From Octopus bimaculoides (lineage: Eukaryota): a DNA stretch of 34,454 bases. The translations under genes and the position numbers were made by a program. The stretch's first letter is position 1. Every line of letters begins with the position of its first letter. A model generated the notes under the pieces. That model worked only from the letters and a program-made list of their open reading frames with translations, was not told the origin of the DNA and ran no database searches. Shown here one piece after another: positions 21,056 to 32,236 of this stretch. Location of the stretch: assembly GCF_001194135.2 (NCBI RefSeq), contig NC_068984.1, positions 78,419,194 through 78,453,647 of the forward strand. The letters run 5' to 3'.

Positions 21056-22287
21056 CACACAGACATGCAGGAAGTAAATAGACACCTTTAATTTTCAAAA
21101 TTTTTTATTTAATATGCAAAGCGAACAATTGAAATGTAATCAATAGGTAGGACTATATACTTTAGTATTTAGTTGACATTCCCTTTGCAGTATTTAATTC
21201 AGAAACACTTTTTGGCATTGAACTGATGAGCTTTGTGATTGTCTCTTATGGAATTTCTGCCCACTTTTCATGCAACATTCGAAACAATTCATCTTTAGAT
21301 TTAGGTTTGTCGAGTTTTTTGTAAAGCTCTATCTAATATGCTACAAAGATTTTCAATTGGGTTCATATCAGGAGATTGGTTCAGCCAAGGAAGCTTTTTG
21401 ATCCCATTTTCAGTCAGCCATTGTTGATTCCTTTTCGCTGTGTGGTATGGAGCCCCATTTTCCATGAAAAAAAACTCATTTTTCGTTAGGTTATCGTGTG
21501 AATACATCGGAAGTAGTCCTTGCTTAAGTATTTCGATGTATTTTTCAGAGTTTATGGTTCCAACGCATTCGATCAGCTCAGAATGACCATTGCTGGTGAC
21601 AGCTCCCCATACCATTACACAGATACCGCCATGTTTCACAATTGGTTGGAGTTGTTTCAAATTAAATTCTTGATTGGGAAGCCTCCAGACCCAAACACGT
21701 CCACTGTCTGAAAATAATGCAAATCTGGATTCATCTGAGAAAATCACTCTATCCCAAAATGAACTGGATTTTTCTGATATTTCCTTAGCCCATTTCTTTC
21801 TTTTCATGATATTAATTAGTTGAAGGAGAGGTTTTCTTCTAGCTGCTCATCCATAATACCCAAGCTTATGCAGATATGTAACACACGTTTTTGGACTAAC
21901 TTCTAGCTGTTTTGCAATGTCAGAAGCCTTCGAATGGGGTTCATTTTCCATAATTCTCTTCAAACAGCGAAGCTTCCTTTCTGAGGGCCCAGGTCGGCCA
22001 GGACGAGAATCTGTTGATTCCTTTCCTTGGCTTTTGAATTGTACTGTAATTCTATTAACAGTAGCAAGAGGAATTTGAAAATTTTCGCTGGCTGAGACCA
22101 GCCTCAGATTGTCCAACAATATGACCCCTTTGAGAATCTGACAGTTCTGCAAATGTTTAATATAATGGCACCTGGAATGAAAAAGAATAATTACATAGTA
22201 AATTCTACACCGCTGAAAACATATTAAGAGGCTTAGATCAGAAATTTTGAAAATTAAAAGTGTCTATTTACTTCCTGCATGTCTGCG
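21056..22287 (-). mobile_element. Tc1-like DNA transposon, near full length (~1.23 kb), defective
   Basis: ~45-bp TIRs (CAGACATGCAGGAAGTAAATAGACAC.TTTAATTTTCAAAATTT) at about 21058-21103 and 22243-22287, flanked by TA at 21054-55 and 22288-89. Confidence 0.95.
21162..22150 (-). pseudogene. Tc1 (DD34E-type) transposase pseudogene
   Basis: GRP motif, VIFSDESRF, KHGG..VMVWG, SPDMNPIEN. The second catalytic D reads N (MENGAP), 34 residues before E. In-frame TGA after GYYG; frameshifts near both ends; C-terminus ...GMSTKY*. Confidence 0.92.
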
Positions 22288-22500
22288 TATATATATATTT
22301 TTGGATTTGGTTTGCAAGATTCTTTGTGAGTTGGTGTGTTGAAGCATATTCTGTTGTGTCTAGGGAGAGTTTGTCCTCTTTTAGTGCCTTATAATTTAAA
22401 ACACTCACCGGTAAAATTTCCACTCATTTACTTATTTCTTTTTCTTTTTATTTATTTAATTATTCACTCATGTATTTACATACATATATATATATATATA

Positions 22501-22742
22501 TTTACAGTTCTATATTTAAGAGATGAGGAATTATGTACATTATTATGTACAATTATTTACAATTGACAGATATTTGTCCTCATCTTGTTTGTTGTTAACA
22601 CGTTTCAGCTGATATACACTCCAGCCTTCATCAGGTGTCTTGGGGAAATTTTGAACCTGGGTTCTCATATTTTTCGATGTTGTTATTATTCTGGTCACTG
22701 CCTGGAATTGAACTCGGAATCTTAACCACTACGCCATATGCC
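22501..22742 (-). mobile_element. tRNA-headed, hammerhead-bearing element, left copy
   Basis: Reverse complement of 22747-23058 with a 22-bp head deletion and only about 3 AAT units. CTGATGA at 22634-22628 is canonical; 3 nt are lost at the cleavage site. Confidence 0.8.
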
Positions 22743-22746
22743 CACA

Positions 22747-22816
22747 GGCATATGGCGTAGTGGTTAAGAGCGCAGGCTACTAACCCCAAGGTTTTGAGTT
22801 CAATTCCAGGCAGTGA

Positions 22817-22848
<32 letters not shown>

Positions 22849-22870
22849 GTAGTAATAATAATAATAGTAA

Positions 22871-22901
<31 letters not shown>

Positions 22902-23058
22902 AATAATAGTAATAACAACATCGAAAAGTATGAGAATCCAGGTTCGAAATTTCCCCAAGACACCCGATGAAGCCTGGAGGGTATATCAGCCGAAACGTTG
23001 TGTTAACAGCAAACAAGATGAGGACAAATATCCGTCAATTGTAAATAATGTAAATAAT
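22747..23058 (+). mobile_element. tRNA-headed, hammerhead-bearing element, right copy
   Basis: A-box TGGCGTAGTGG 22753-22763, B-box GAGTTCAATTCC 22796-22807, (AAT)n 22821-22918. Then ACAC/GTGT stem I, CCGATGA 22964-22970, stem II, GAAA 22992-22995, ACGT helix III, GUU 22997-22999. Confidence 0.8.
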
Positions 23059-23424
23059 GTATATATATATTTGTATGTATGTATACATATGAGTTTGCAT
23101 ATATGTATATATATATGTGTGTGTATGTGTCCATTTATATGCACAATATATATATGTGTGTGTATGTATGTTTGTATATTTGTGTTTAGTATTTCAGGAG
23201 GTTCGCTCTAGGTAGTAGATAGTTTCTATTGCCTAGGTGACCCACTCCAACGAATTGCAGATAAACCACCTATCCCTGGATATATCTCTACAAATAATAA
23301 CTCTCTACTCGAATGGGCTATGGTGCCAAAAGAACTGTTCATACGAAACACCTAAAAATATCTTTTCCAGGTGGTGTTATTAAGTTAGACTGATCTAAGT
23401 AAATCTCGATATATATATGTTTGT

Positions 23425-23640
23425 GTGAATGTGTGTATGTTTGTGTCTTGCCTTGATCTCACATGATGTCACTGTCATGCAAGTGTTGTTATGCATTACT
23501 GTTATTGCTTGGAAGCAGGTTGCGTTTTGGCAACAGAAAGGACATCCGTAGAAAATCTGCCTCAATAAACTCCGTCCAACTTATTCAAGCAGCAAGTATG
23601 GAAAAGCAGATGTTAAAATGATGGTCAGGATGATGATAAT
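23425..23640 (+). mobile_element. SINE family B 3' part
   Basis: GTCACTGTCATGCAAG...AAAATCTGCCTCAATAAA...GATGATAATGAT. Confidence 0.65.
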
Positions 23641-23814
23641 GATATAAGAGAAGCAATGTTTTGGGATAGTAGCCCATCATCCTTCATCAAAAGAAAGAGC
23701 TGAGCACAAAGGGAGTGAGAAAGAGACAATAGTCCGCAAGAGGGAGATAAAATACAGGCATATTGTTGAGATAAAAGGGAAGAAATATACACATCAAAGA
23801 GTAAAGAAGAGAAG

Positions 23815-23890
23815 AAAAAGGGATGTGTTGTATACTTTTAGATGCTTTTCGGTAATCAACCCAGGCCATGTTAAAGGTTGTTTTTATTCC
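23815..23890 (-). mobile_element. Tiny non-LTR RT remnant (R4/RTE-X-like)
   Basis: Peptide NMAWVDYRKASKSIQH resembles the MAWIDYKKAFDSVPH motif. Confidence 0.45.
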
Positions 23891-24109
23891 TTTTAGCTAT
23901 CTTCTCTAATCTTGTAGATACACAAAAGTTGTTCTTTACAAATATAAATCCCTTTCTTACATTCTTTCTGTTCCTCTGATATTATGTTATTTGCTGAGTG
24001 ACCAACGTGTTGTAAAGCATAGAATCAAGTATGGAAAGTAAAGTATGTTGTTGCTGAGCGCATTGTAGGCCAATAGTTTTGAGAATCTCTTTAATAATAA
24101 TATAGTGAA

Positions 24110-24435
24110 GGCATATGGCTCAATGGTTAGAGTGTCGGGCTCACAGTCATGAGGCAGTGAGTTCAATTCCTGGACTAGGTTGTGTGTTGTGTTCGAGCAA
24201 GACACTTTATTTCACATTGCTCCAGTTCATTCAAGTGTAAAAATGAGTTGCAACATCACTGGTGCCAAGCTGTATTGCCCTTTGCCTTTCCCTTGGGTAA
24301 CATTGTTGGTATGGAGAAGGGAAGCTGGTATGCATGGGTGACTGCTGGTCTTCCATAAACAACCTTACCTGGACTTGTGTCTCGGAGGGGAACTTTCTAG
24401 GTGCAATCTCATAGTCATTCATGACCAAAGGGGGT
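24110..24435 (+). mobile_element. SINE family D, full length
   Basis: TGGCTCAATGG A-box, GAGTTCAATTCC B-box, GAGCAAGACACTTTATTTCAC, distinct 3' body. Confidence 0.88.
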
Positions 24436-24457
24436 GTTTGATAATAATAATGATAAT

Positions 24458-24888
24458 CGTTTCAAATTTTGGCACAAAACCCAGCAATTTTGGGAGAGGG
24501 TATAAGTTGATTACATCAATCTCAGTGCTCAAGTGGTGCTCATTTCATTGACCCCTAAAAAATTAAAAGTAAAGTCAACCTTGGTAGCATTTGAACTCAG
24601 ACCGTAAAGATGGACAAAGTGCTGCTAAGCATTTTGTCCGATGAGCCAACGATTCTACCATCTTGTAGCCTTAATTATGATAATAATTCTTTCTACTATA
24701 GTCACAAGGACTGAAATTTTGGGGGCGAGGGATAGTCAGTTATATCAACCCCAGTGCTTGACTGGTATTTAGTTATTGATCCCGAAAGGATGAATGGCAA
24801 ATTTGACCTCTGTACACTTTGAACTCAGAACGTAGAGACAAGTGAAATGCTGCCAAACATTTTGTCCCACATACTCTTCCAGCTTTTT
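24458..24888 (-). mobile_element. Two tandem SINE family C copies (24458-24672, 24690-24888)
   Basis: Both contain CCAGTGCT...GACCCC.AAA...AAAGTCAACC/TTTGACC...TTTGAACTCAG and are bounded by AAT/GAT tracts. Confidence 0.85.
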
Positions 24889-24890
24889 GC

Positions 24891-24930
<40 letters not shown>

Positions 24931-25047
24931 TAATTCGTTTTATTGGCCACAAGGGCTAATATCAATTAAAAACATGTAAGGACAAAGACAGGACGAAGGT
25001 TACAAAAGGTTTTGTCCGAAAAGGTAGGAACGTTCGTCTAAACAGAG

Positions 25048-25083
<36 letters not shown>

Positions 25084-26167
25084 CATGCTTTTCTGCAGCT
25101 CATCTCTTTGGTGGAGCTGCATTCCTGGATCAAGAAAAGATCAAGCTTAGGTACCTGGTATCTGAGGTGTCAGGCATTCATTGCTCCCTGCCTAATGGGC
25201 AATACTGTTGGTGGAAATTCTATGGTAGCAATATATAGAAATCTAGTGGTGAGTAAGAGTGATGACATTCCTGGGGAAACTCTAGGCATCGATCAGGATG
25301 AACAAGCTGGTCTATTTCAGTGAACTTTTAGGCCTGGTACTACCTTGGATAACTTTCAGAAATCCGGGAGAAAGAAAGAGAGAGTGCATCATGCATTAGC
25401 TTTTCTTTGGGTTGGATTGGACTTTCAGTTTCTTCATAGTTATCAGCTGGTTCACACACTTGCATGCACACACACACACAAATACAAACAAAGGCAAAAA
25501 AGAAAAGCACGCTCACTTTTTTGGTATTTTTTTCCAACATGATTATGGCTTACAAGTGGATGTGACTGAAAGATTTGAGGACAGGATTCATCAAGTTTAT
25601 CATGCACCATTTGAAGCAGAAAGTGAAGAGTGGAAAGAGATGTTTTGTCCTCAAACAAATTTGATGAAAGGTTGTAGCAAGTGGCAAAATTAAATTATAG
25701 TTTTAATAGAGGTCCAGAGAGGCCACCATTTCAATTCTGCTTGAAGTTTGCAACTGGAAGAGGGCAACTGCCTACGAGCACAATGTGGTCATGGGTTTAG
25801 AGTCCTTTGAATTAATCTTATAAAAAGGGCAATTCCTAACCCTTATGAGTGCCTGTGTATTACTTTAATGTAAACATGTCAAGTATGTTTTCATATTGTA
25901 TTACATTTTTGCTCTTTCTTCATTTCTTATATAAACATAACTTCATAAGATTTTGTAGCAATTTTGTGTATGTATGTATGTGCATGCTTTGTGCGTGTGT
26001 TATGTTGCATGTGCGTATGAGCAGGCACAAGGCCCCCATCACCAAATAAAGAAAAGATTTGGTTGTATCAGTAAAGTACTGGGGATGATGTATTTGACTA
26101 TGTTCTTCCCACAATTGAGAGACCTTGCACCAATGTTAGAAACTATTGTTATTAGTATGCATATGTA

Positions 26168-26203
<36 letters not shown>

Positions 26204-26318
26204 CACACACATGTACATATTCACGCATCCCATGATCCAATGATGTCATTCATAACCCTATGTGTTTTTAACATGTGTCTAGGAATGCACTCAAACGTGT
26301 TAAATCTAACTTTAGATG

Positions 26319-26363
<45 letters not shown>

Positions 26364-26459
26364 ACACACACACACACACATGTTCTTATTGAACAGTGAG
26401 AATGAATACTCAACACTGCATTGGTGGATGATGTTAAACAATGATGATGATGATTCTCT

Positions 26460-26720
26460 TTATTTGTGAATTAACCAGGCTTACAATTGGTTTCATGTTA
26501 AGAGAGGTATATATTTCTCCGCAATTTTCAAGCCCATTGCATGGAATATTGGTGTTCATTTCCATCTTGGATGAAAACATAAGATCACAATGCTGTAATT
26601 TTATCATGTTCTCATCCATGATTGCGACAACACTAACGTCTCATGCAATAGGCTTGAAAATTGTTAAGAGCTATACCTCTCTTAACATGGAACCAATAGT
26701 AACTTGGTTAACACAAATAA
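26460..26720. mobile_element. Foldback/MITE-like imperfect palindrome (~125-bp arms)
   Basis: TTATTTGTG..TTAACCAGG.TTACAATTGGTTTCATGTTAAGAGAGGTATA...CAATTTTCAAGCC.ATTGCATG mirrored on the right. Confidence 0.8.
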
Positions 26721-26728
26721 AAAAATGA

Positions 26729-26772
<44 letters not shown>

Positions 26773-26782
26773 NNNNNNNNNN

Positions 26783-26820
<38 letters not shown>

Positions 26821-27559
26821 TATATATTTGTTGTGAAACAAACTTTGTAACCACACAGCCATACTGGAATCTACACCTATCTTTTATTTTATCGCCCACC
26901 ATTATTTTTGTCACCTCTACTATTGTCAATCACTCTGTTACTCCTCACTAATTCTCACTTTTATCTCATCATCCATCTCTACCTTTGTTCATCTTTACTA
27001 TTGCAAATCACTCCCCTGCCTACCTTGCCTTCATCCAAATAGTTCTGCCTTTTTTTCATTAACTCTTTAGCATCCAGTCAAATGTAATGCTTATTTATTG
27101 ACATTGTTTTGTATTAATCCTTCATTATCTCATAGCCTTGAGATTTCAATGATGTGATTGTATATCTTCAAAATGACATTGTTGATTAAGGTGAGAGAGG
27201 CTAGATTTGGCTGCTTTCAACATAAAACAAGTAGAATATTTAGACTAGATATGGCCTCTCATCCTTACCTTTCACCATTTCTGTTATTGCCAGTCACTCT
27301 CACTCCCACATATTTCTGCTTCTTCTTATATTCTTGTTCCTTTCATCCTCTCACCCTCTCTGGTCTTTCTGACATTGTTGCATTCTCTCTCCTTTTGAAC
27401 TACACATTTCTAGCTTTTCTATCATTATTCTTTCCTCTACTGCTCCCACTAGAAATTGATTGGCTGTGTATGAGCAGAAAAAGTGTAGGGTTATGAGGTT
27501 TCTCTAGTCTTGACTTATTGAGGACCTTGAATCTCCCTAGCATTGGGGCCACAAAATAA

Positions 27560-27750
27560 TTTACCCAGTACATGCTGTAAAGTGACTGATAATTGGTAGG
27601 GCATCCGGCTGTACAGATCAAGCACAGATGATATGCAAGAACACTGTATGAACAGTTGCTCTGAAAGGGAAATGACCTGGACGATGACAACCTGTGCAAC
27701 CCATGTCAGCAGGGAAAACATGTAAAATAGTAAGGATGATGATGATGACG
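27560..27750 (+). mobile_element. Degraded T-like SINE tail
   Basis: GGGCATCCGGCTGTA...CAACCCATGTCAGCAGGGAAAA...GATGATG. Confidence 0.6.
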
Positions 27751-27842
27751 ATACACTTATGCATGCACACGTATGCACACACACACACATGCGCGTATAT
27801 CACTATGTTTGTTTATTCAGTTTTATATTGGTATGATGATAT

Positions 27843-28080
27843 GACTTAGTAGTTAGAGTATTGGACTCATGATTGTAAGATTGTGGTTTCGATTCCTGGA
27901 CCAGGCAACGTGTTGTGTTCTTGAGCAAAACCCTTCATTTCATGTTACTCCAGTTCATTCAGCTGGAAAAAATGAGTAATCTTGTGACAGACTGGTGTCC
28001 TGTCCAGGTGGGGAATATATACACCACGAAACCGGGAAACTGGCCCTTGTGAATCAGTATAATTTGAGAAGGTAACTTTA
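27843..28080 (+). mobile_element. SINE family D head with a third tail type
   Basis: GGTTTCGATTCCTGGACC B-box and TTCTTGAGCAAAACCCTTCATTTCATG; the 3' part differs from 138 and 24110. Confidence 0.75.
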
Positions 28081-28135
28081 TCTTTTACCTTATAGGTATG
28101 ATAGTAAAAGTTCTGCAAAATGTTTTTTTCTATAC

Positions 28136-28181
<46 letters not shown>

Positions 28182-28184
28182 TAC

Positions 28185-28330
28185 TCTCTTTTCTCTCTTT
28201 TACTTGTTTCAGTCATTTGACTGTGGCCATGCTGGAGCACCGCCTTTAGTTGAGCAAATCGACCCCAGGACTTATTCTTTAGAAGCCTAGTACTTATTCT
28301 ATTGGTATCTTTTGCCGAACCGCTAAGTTA
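28185..28330 (-). mobile_element. SINE family A 3' half, ending in a gap
   Basis: CTTGTTTCAGTCATTTGACTGTGGCCATGCTGGAGCACC. Confidence 0.88.
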
Positions 28331-28565
28331 NNNNNNNNNNNNNNNNNNNNNNNNNNNNNNNNNNNNNNNNNNNNNNNNNNNNNNNNNNNNNNNNNNNNNN
28401 NNNNNNNNNNNNNNNNNNNNNNNNNNNNNNNNNNNNNNNNNNNNNNNNNNNNNNNNNNNNNNNNNNNNNNNNNNNNNNNNNNNNNNNNNNNNNNNNNNNN
28501 NNNNNNNNNNNNNNNNNNNNNNNNNNNNNNNNNNNNNNNNNNNNNNNNNNNNNNNNNNNNNNNNN

Positions 28566-28614
<49 letters not shown>

Positions 28615-29237
28615 ATAATGTCTGAGTGTGTGTGTATGTATACACACACATATATACGTAAAGAAAAGCAAATGGTACTATACAATAGAGAGAAATTTGT
28701 ATTTTGATGTATGTATATGTCGAAAGAAAACACACAACACTCTCATCAGTAACAGCAGATAGAAAATTATAAATTTTTATGTTAAATAAATTCATACACC
28801 TTTTTATTTAATTATTCAATTATTATTTCTTGGAAATTAATATCTTTAGGAATCATTTGAAATAAAATAATTTGATGGGAATCTATTCGTCTATTTATTG
28901 TTACCTATTTTTTTTCTTTCTTAGTAAATCGCTTTCTATCATAATGTTCTTCTATAAGCAACACATCACGTGTCTTAGAGTAGGTAAAAAAAATATATAT
29001 AACAGAGAGAGGAAAGTCTATGTGCTGCTTGCAAATGTGAAAAGACTTTATTGTTTAGAATATTCAATATCCAGGATAGATTTAAAGAGCACAAGGAATG
29101 TACCGGAATGGTTATTGTCATCTGGTATTCTGGTTCTTGTGTGTATGTGTTTAATGTGTGTAATGTGTATGCTATTCTATATGTGTGTATATACTACTTT
29201 TTGTCAACTATTAGAGAGTAGAAGCAACATTAGCAAA

Positions 29238-29326
29238 CTACTACTGCTGCTACTACTACTGCTGCTACTACTACTGCTACTACTGCTGCTACTACTACTG
29301 CTACTACTACTACTACTACTACTACA
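29238..29326. repeat. (CTA/CTG)n trinucleotide repeat
   Basis: Direct; it produces the poly-Leu of ORF 28872-29348. Confidence 0.95.
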
Positions 29327-29467
29327 AGAAGTAGCAACAAAGATGTGATATGAGGGTAATAGAGACATTCTTTGAGCAATTGTTGCAAAAACAAATAAAT
29401 ATGAGATTAATTTTGGGAAATTAATTATTTAAGGTGTTTTTGTGGTAAAGTTTGACATATAGAAATG

Positions 29468-29962
29468 GAAGCATGGCTGTGTGTTGCTGTCAAGTTCACT
29501 TAGCGGCCATGTGCGTTTGGGTTCTGTCCCACTACGTGGTACCCTGGTCTGATTCATGTTGTGTGAGTGAAAGTTAGTAGATAGAAAGTGTTTGAAAGCC
29601 TCAAATATCAGTATCTTCATCATCATTGTTTTACATTTACCGAGTGTGGCCGTTGCCAGTAAGACATTTGAGCGAGTTCGTTACCAGTGCCAATGGACTG
29701 GCCACCTGTGCAGGTGGCATGTAAAATACACCATTTCGAGCGTGGCCGTTGCCAGTACCACCTGACTGGCCTTCGTGCCGGTGGCATGTAAAAGCACCCA
29801 CTACACTCTCGGAGTGGTTGGCGTTAGGAAAGGCATCCAGCTGTAGAAACTCTGCCAAATCACATTAGAGCCTGGTGTAGCCACCTGGTCCACCAGTCTT
29901 CTGTCAAATCGTCCAACCCATGCTAGCATGGAAAGCGGACATTAAACAACGATGATGATGAT
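29468..29962 (+). mobile_element. A-type head followed by T modules and T tail (SINE family T)
   Basis: GCATGGCTGTGTG...GGTTCTGTCCCACT head, then two full and one partial module, then the T tail. Confidence 0.8.
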
Positions 29963-30644
29963 TTCTATGTTGGCATGGATTGCATAGATCATCTTGGTTG
30001 GAGTTAGTACATATTTGCGGGTATTGCATGCCTAAAGGAATCAGGGCCCTCGACTCACATTTAGCTTTTGGCTTGGTTTCTACGACTGGATGCTCTTCTA
30101 CATACCAACCACTTTACTGAGTGTACAGGATGCATTTTTTGTGGCATCAGCACTAGAGAGGTATCATGGGGTCTACAAGACTAAAGGGTCCTCACAACTT
30201 CAAGTATTACCTTGCTGGTGAGGGTTGGTAACGGAGAGCATCCTGGCTTTGAAAGTCTGCCTTAACAAATTCTGTTTGACCCATGCAATCATAGAAAAGT
30301 GAATATCAAAATGATGACAATGATATATCTGCCCGTCCCTTAGTCCATCCAATGAGTTTACAATTTCCATCTAGTGTATGGAATAAACCATGCAATGTTT
30401 CTAGCACTTTTCATTTAGAGAGGAAGATTATAGTGGCCTTAATATGAAGTTTGCAAATTTTGTGCTTTTCTCACTAAATCAACCGCTGTGTTATATTTTT
30501 ATTCTGCAACTTTAATGGATTAACTTTAGCTGACCCTGGCTGCTCCCAGTTTTCTTGTATTTTAGATCTTAATTTAACCAACTCTCATGGTTTTGTGCTA
30601 GCACTAGAAGTTATTATCATAATGATAGTTATTACTTGAAGAGT

Positions 30645-30835
30645 GGTCTTTAATTTGACAAAATGCTTAATAGTATTTCTTCAAGCTTTATGTTCTGAGT
30701 TCAAATTCTGCCTATATCAACTGTCTTTTATCCTTTCAAGCTTAATTAAATAAGTATCATTTAAACACTGGGGGTCAATGTAATCGACTAGTCCCCTTCC
30801 CTCAAAATGTCAGGCCTCGTGCCTATAGTAGAAAG
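30645..30835 (+). mobile_element. SINE family C
   Basis: GTTCTGAGTTCAAATTCTGCC...TATCCTTTC...CACTGGGGGTCAATGTAATCGACT. Confidence 0.8.
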
Positions 30836-30869
30836 AGTTATTACTATTACTAGAGCATACCAATGGTCA

Positions 30870-31428
30870 AAATTCATATGTTCATTGAAATGAAATGTCA
30901 CGTGTATTGAGCAATTGTGGTGTGTGTAATTGGAAGTAGAGAAAATGTTGAAGTGAGATTTGGAAATGAGTATCGAGCTTTCAACATTTTAAGGCTTGTT
31001 GGTTAAATGCAAAAACTGTCTTTATATGTATTAAGCTTCAAACATTTTCAATTAAGTGCTCAGAAACACACATGCTGAGCATTAGATATTCAGAAATTGT
31101 GAGCAACAAAGATCTTTGGGCCATAACCAAACAGGAACCCATCAGACAACAAATAGCAAAATGTGAGTAAAGATGGGTAGGCCTTACATTAAAAAGAGAA
31201 GACCAAAATGATGTTCGGTAAGACCAGACTTTAGGATTGGAACCTAATAGGAAAGAGGAAGGTAGAAAACCCCAAAGATCATCAAGCAGAGATCACTAGT
31301 ACAAGAACTGAAGATGACATGGGGCCAAATGAAGGCAGAAAAAATCCCCTAAAAAACCCACATTGGAAAACTGTGAAGAGTCTGTGTTTCACTAGGATTC
31401 TGTTCAAACCTTGATGATGATGATGATG
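30870..31428 (+). mobile_element. RTE-clade LINE 3' end, degraded, with (GAT)n tail
   Basis: Peptide fragments SNKDLWAITKQEPIRQQIAK, WVGLTL and LCFTR resemble the RTE C-terminus (ISNEELW..TNQEPI..QI..RKW.WIGHTL...ALC). Confidence 0.7.
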
Positions 31429-32194
31429 TACCTGTTAAACTAGGGTTGATCTAATCAACTGTATGTATCTTATCTATAAAAGGCAGATTTTCTGTGTGTG
31501 CATGTATATGTTTAAAATTCATACATTTACACAATTCCAAATTTCTTGGATGAAAGAATCAGAATTAATATTCTAAATACCATAACTTAGGTTACAGCGT
31601 CATTTTTCCCAGCAAAATAACTCCCAATTACAAATAAAATCCATAAAACTACACAAATTAACATTTTTCCCTCTAATAAAATCTAATTTCCTCTTTCTAA
31701 TACCTTTACAAATCCTTTCAACTCCTACTTTCTCTTATGAACCTTTACGGACGATCCAACAACAAACACAAAAAGAAAGGAAGGAGAAACACTGACAGTA
31801 AAAGAAAACTATTTCAGTATCAAAACTGAAACAATCACATTTCGATACTGATTTGGCTCTGCTAGAAATCAGTAACTGGAGAGTAGTGACTTGAAGAATT
31901 GGACAAAATGTAATATCTTCACAGTAGCCAGTTACATTCCAATCTTCATTCTTTTTGTTAAAAAATCCCACCAATGTCGATATTTTGCCTTTCCTATTTC
32001 CAGTGATGGTAGGGACAAAGCAATGCAAGGCAGGACAGAGAATAGAAAGAGCTTAAAGTACCAGTTGTATATTGTGGATAGTTCAGGCAATTACCTCATT
32101 TCTAACATTCCATGTTCTCCTAGAAATTAAAATGAAATACGGAAAGAAAAGAATTTGTAGTCTTGTGCCAATGTCATCACCATCATCATCATCA

Positions 32195-32236
<42 letters not shown>

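Noticed and set aside
22747-22820. Genuine tRNA gene (also the other A-/B-box heads)
   Set aside because: The acceptor and anticodon stems do not close, and each head continues into repeat bodies.
25340-25693. Protein-like ORF segments on both strands (HDYGLQVDVTERFEDR...; CEPADNYEETESP...)
   Set aside because: No recognisable homology and no convincing pair of splice sites.
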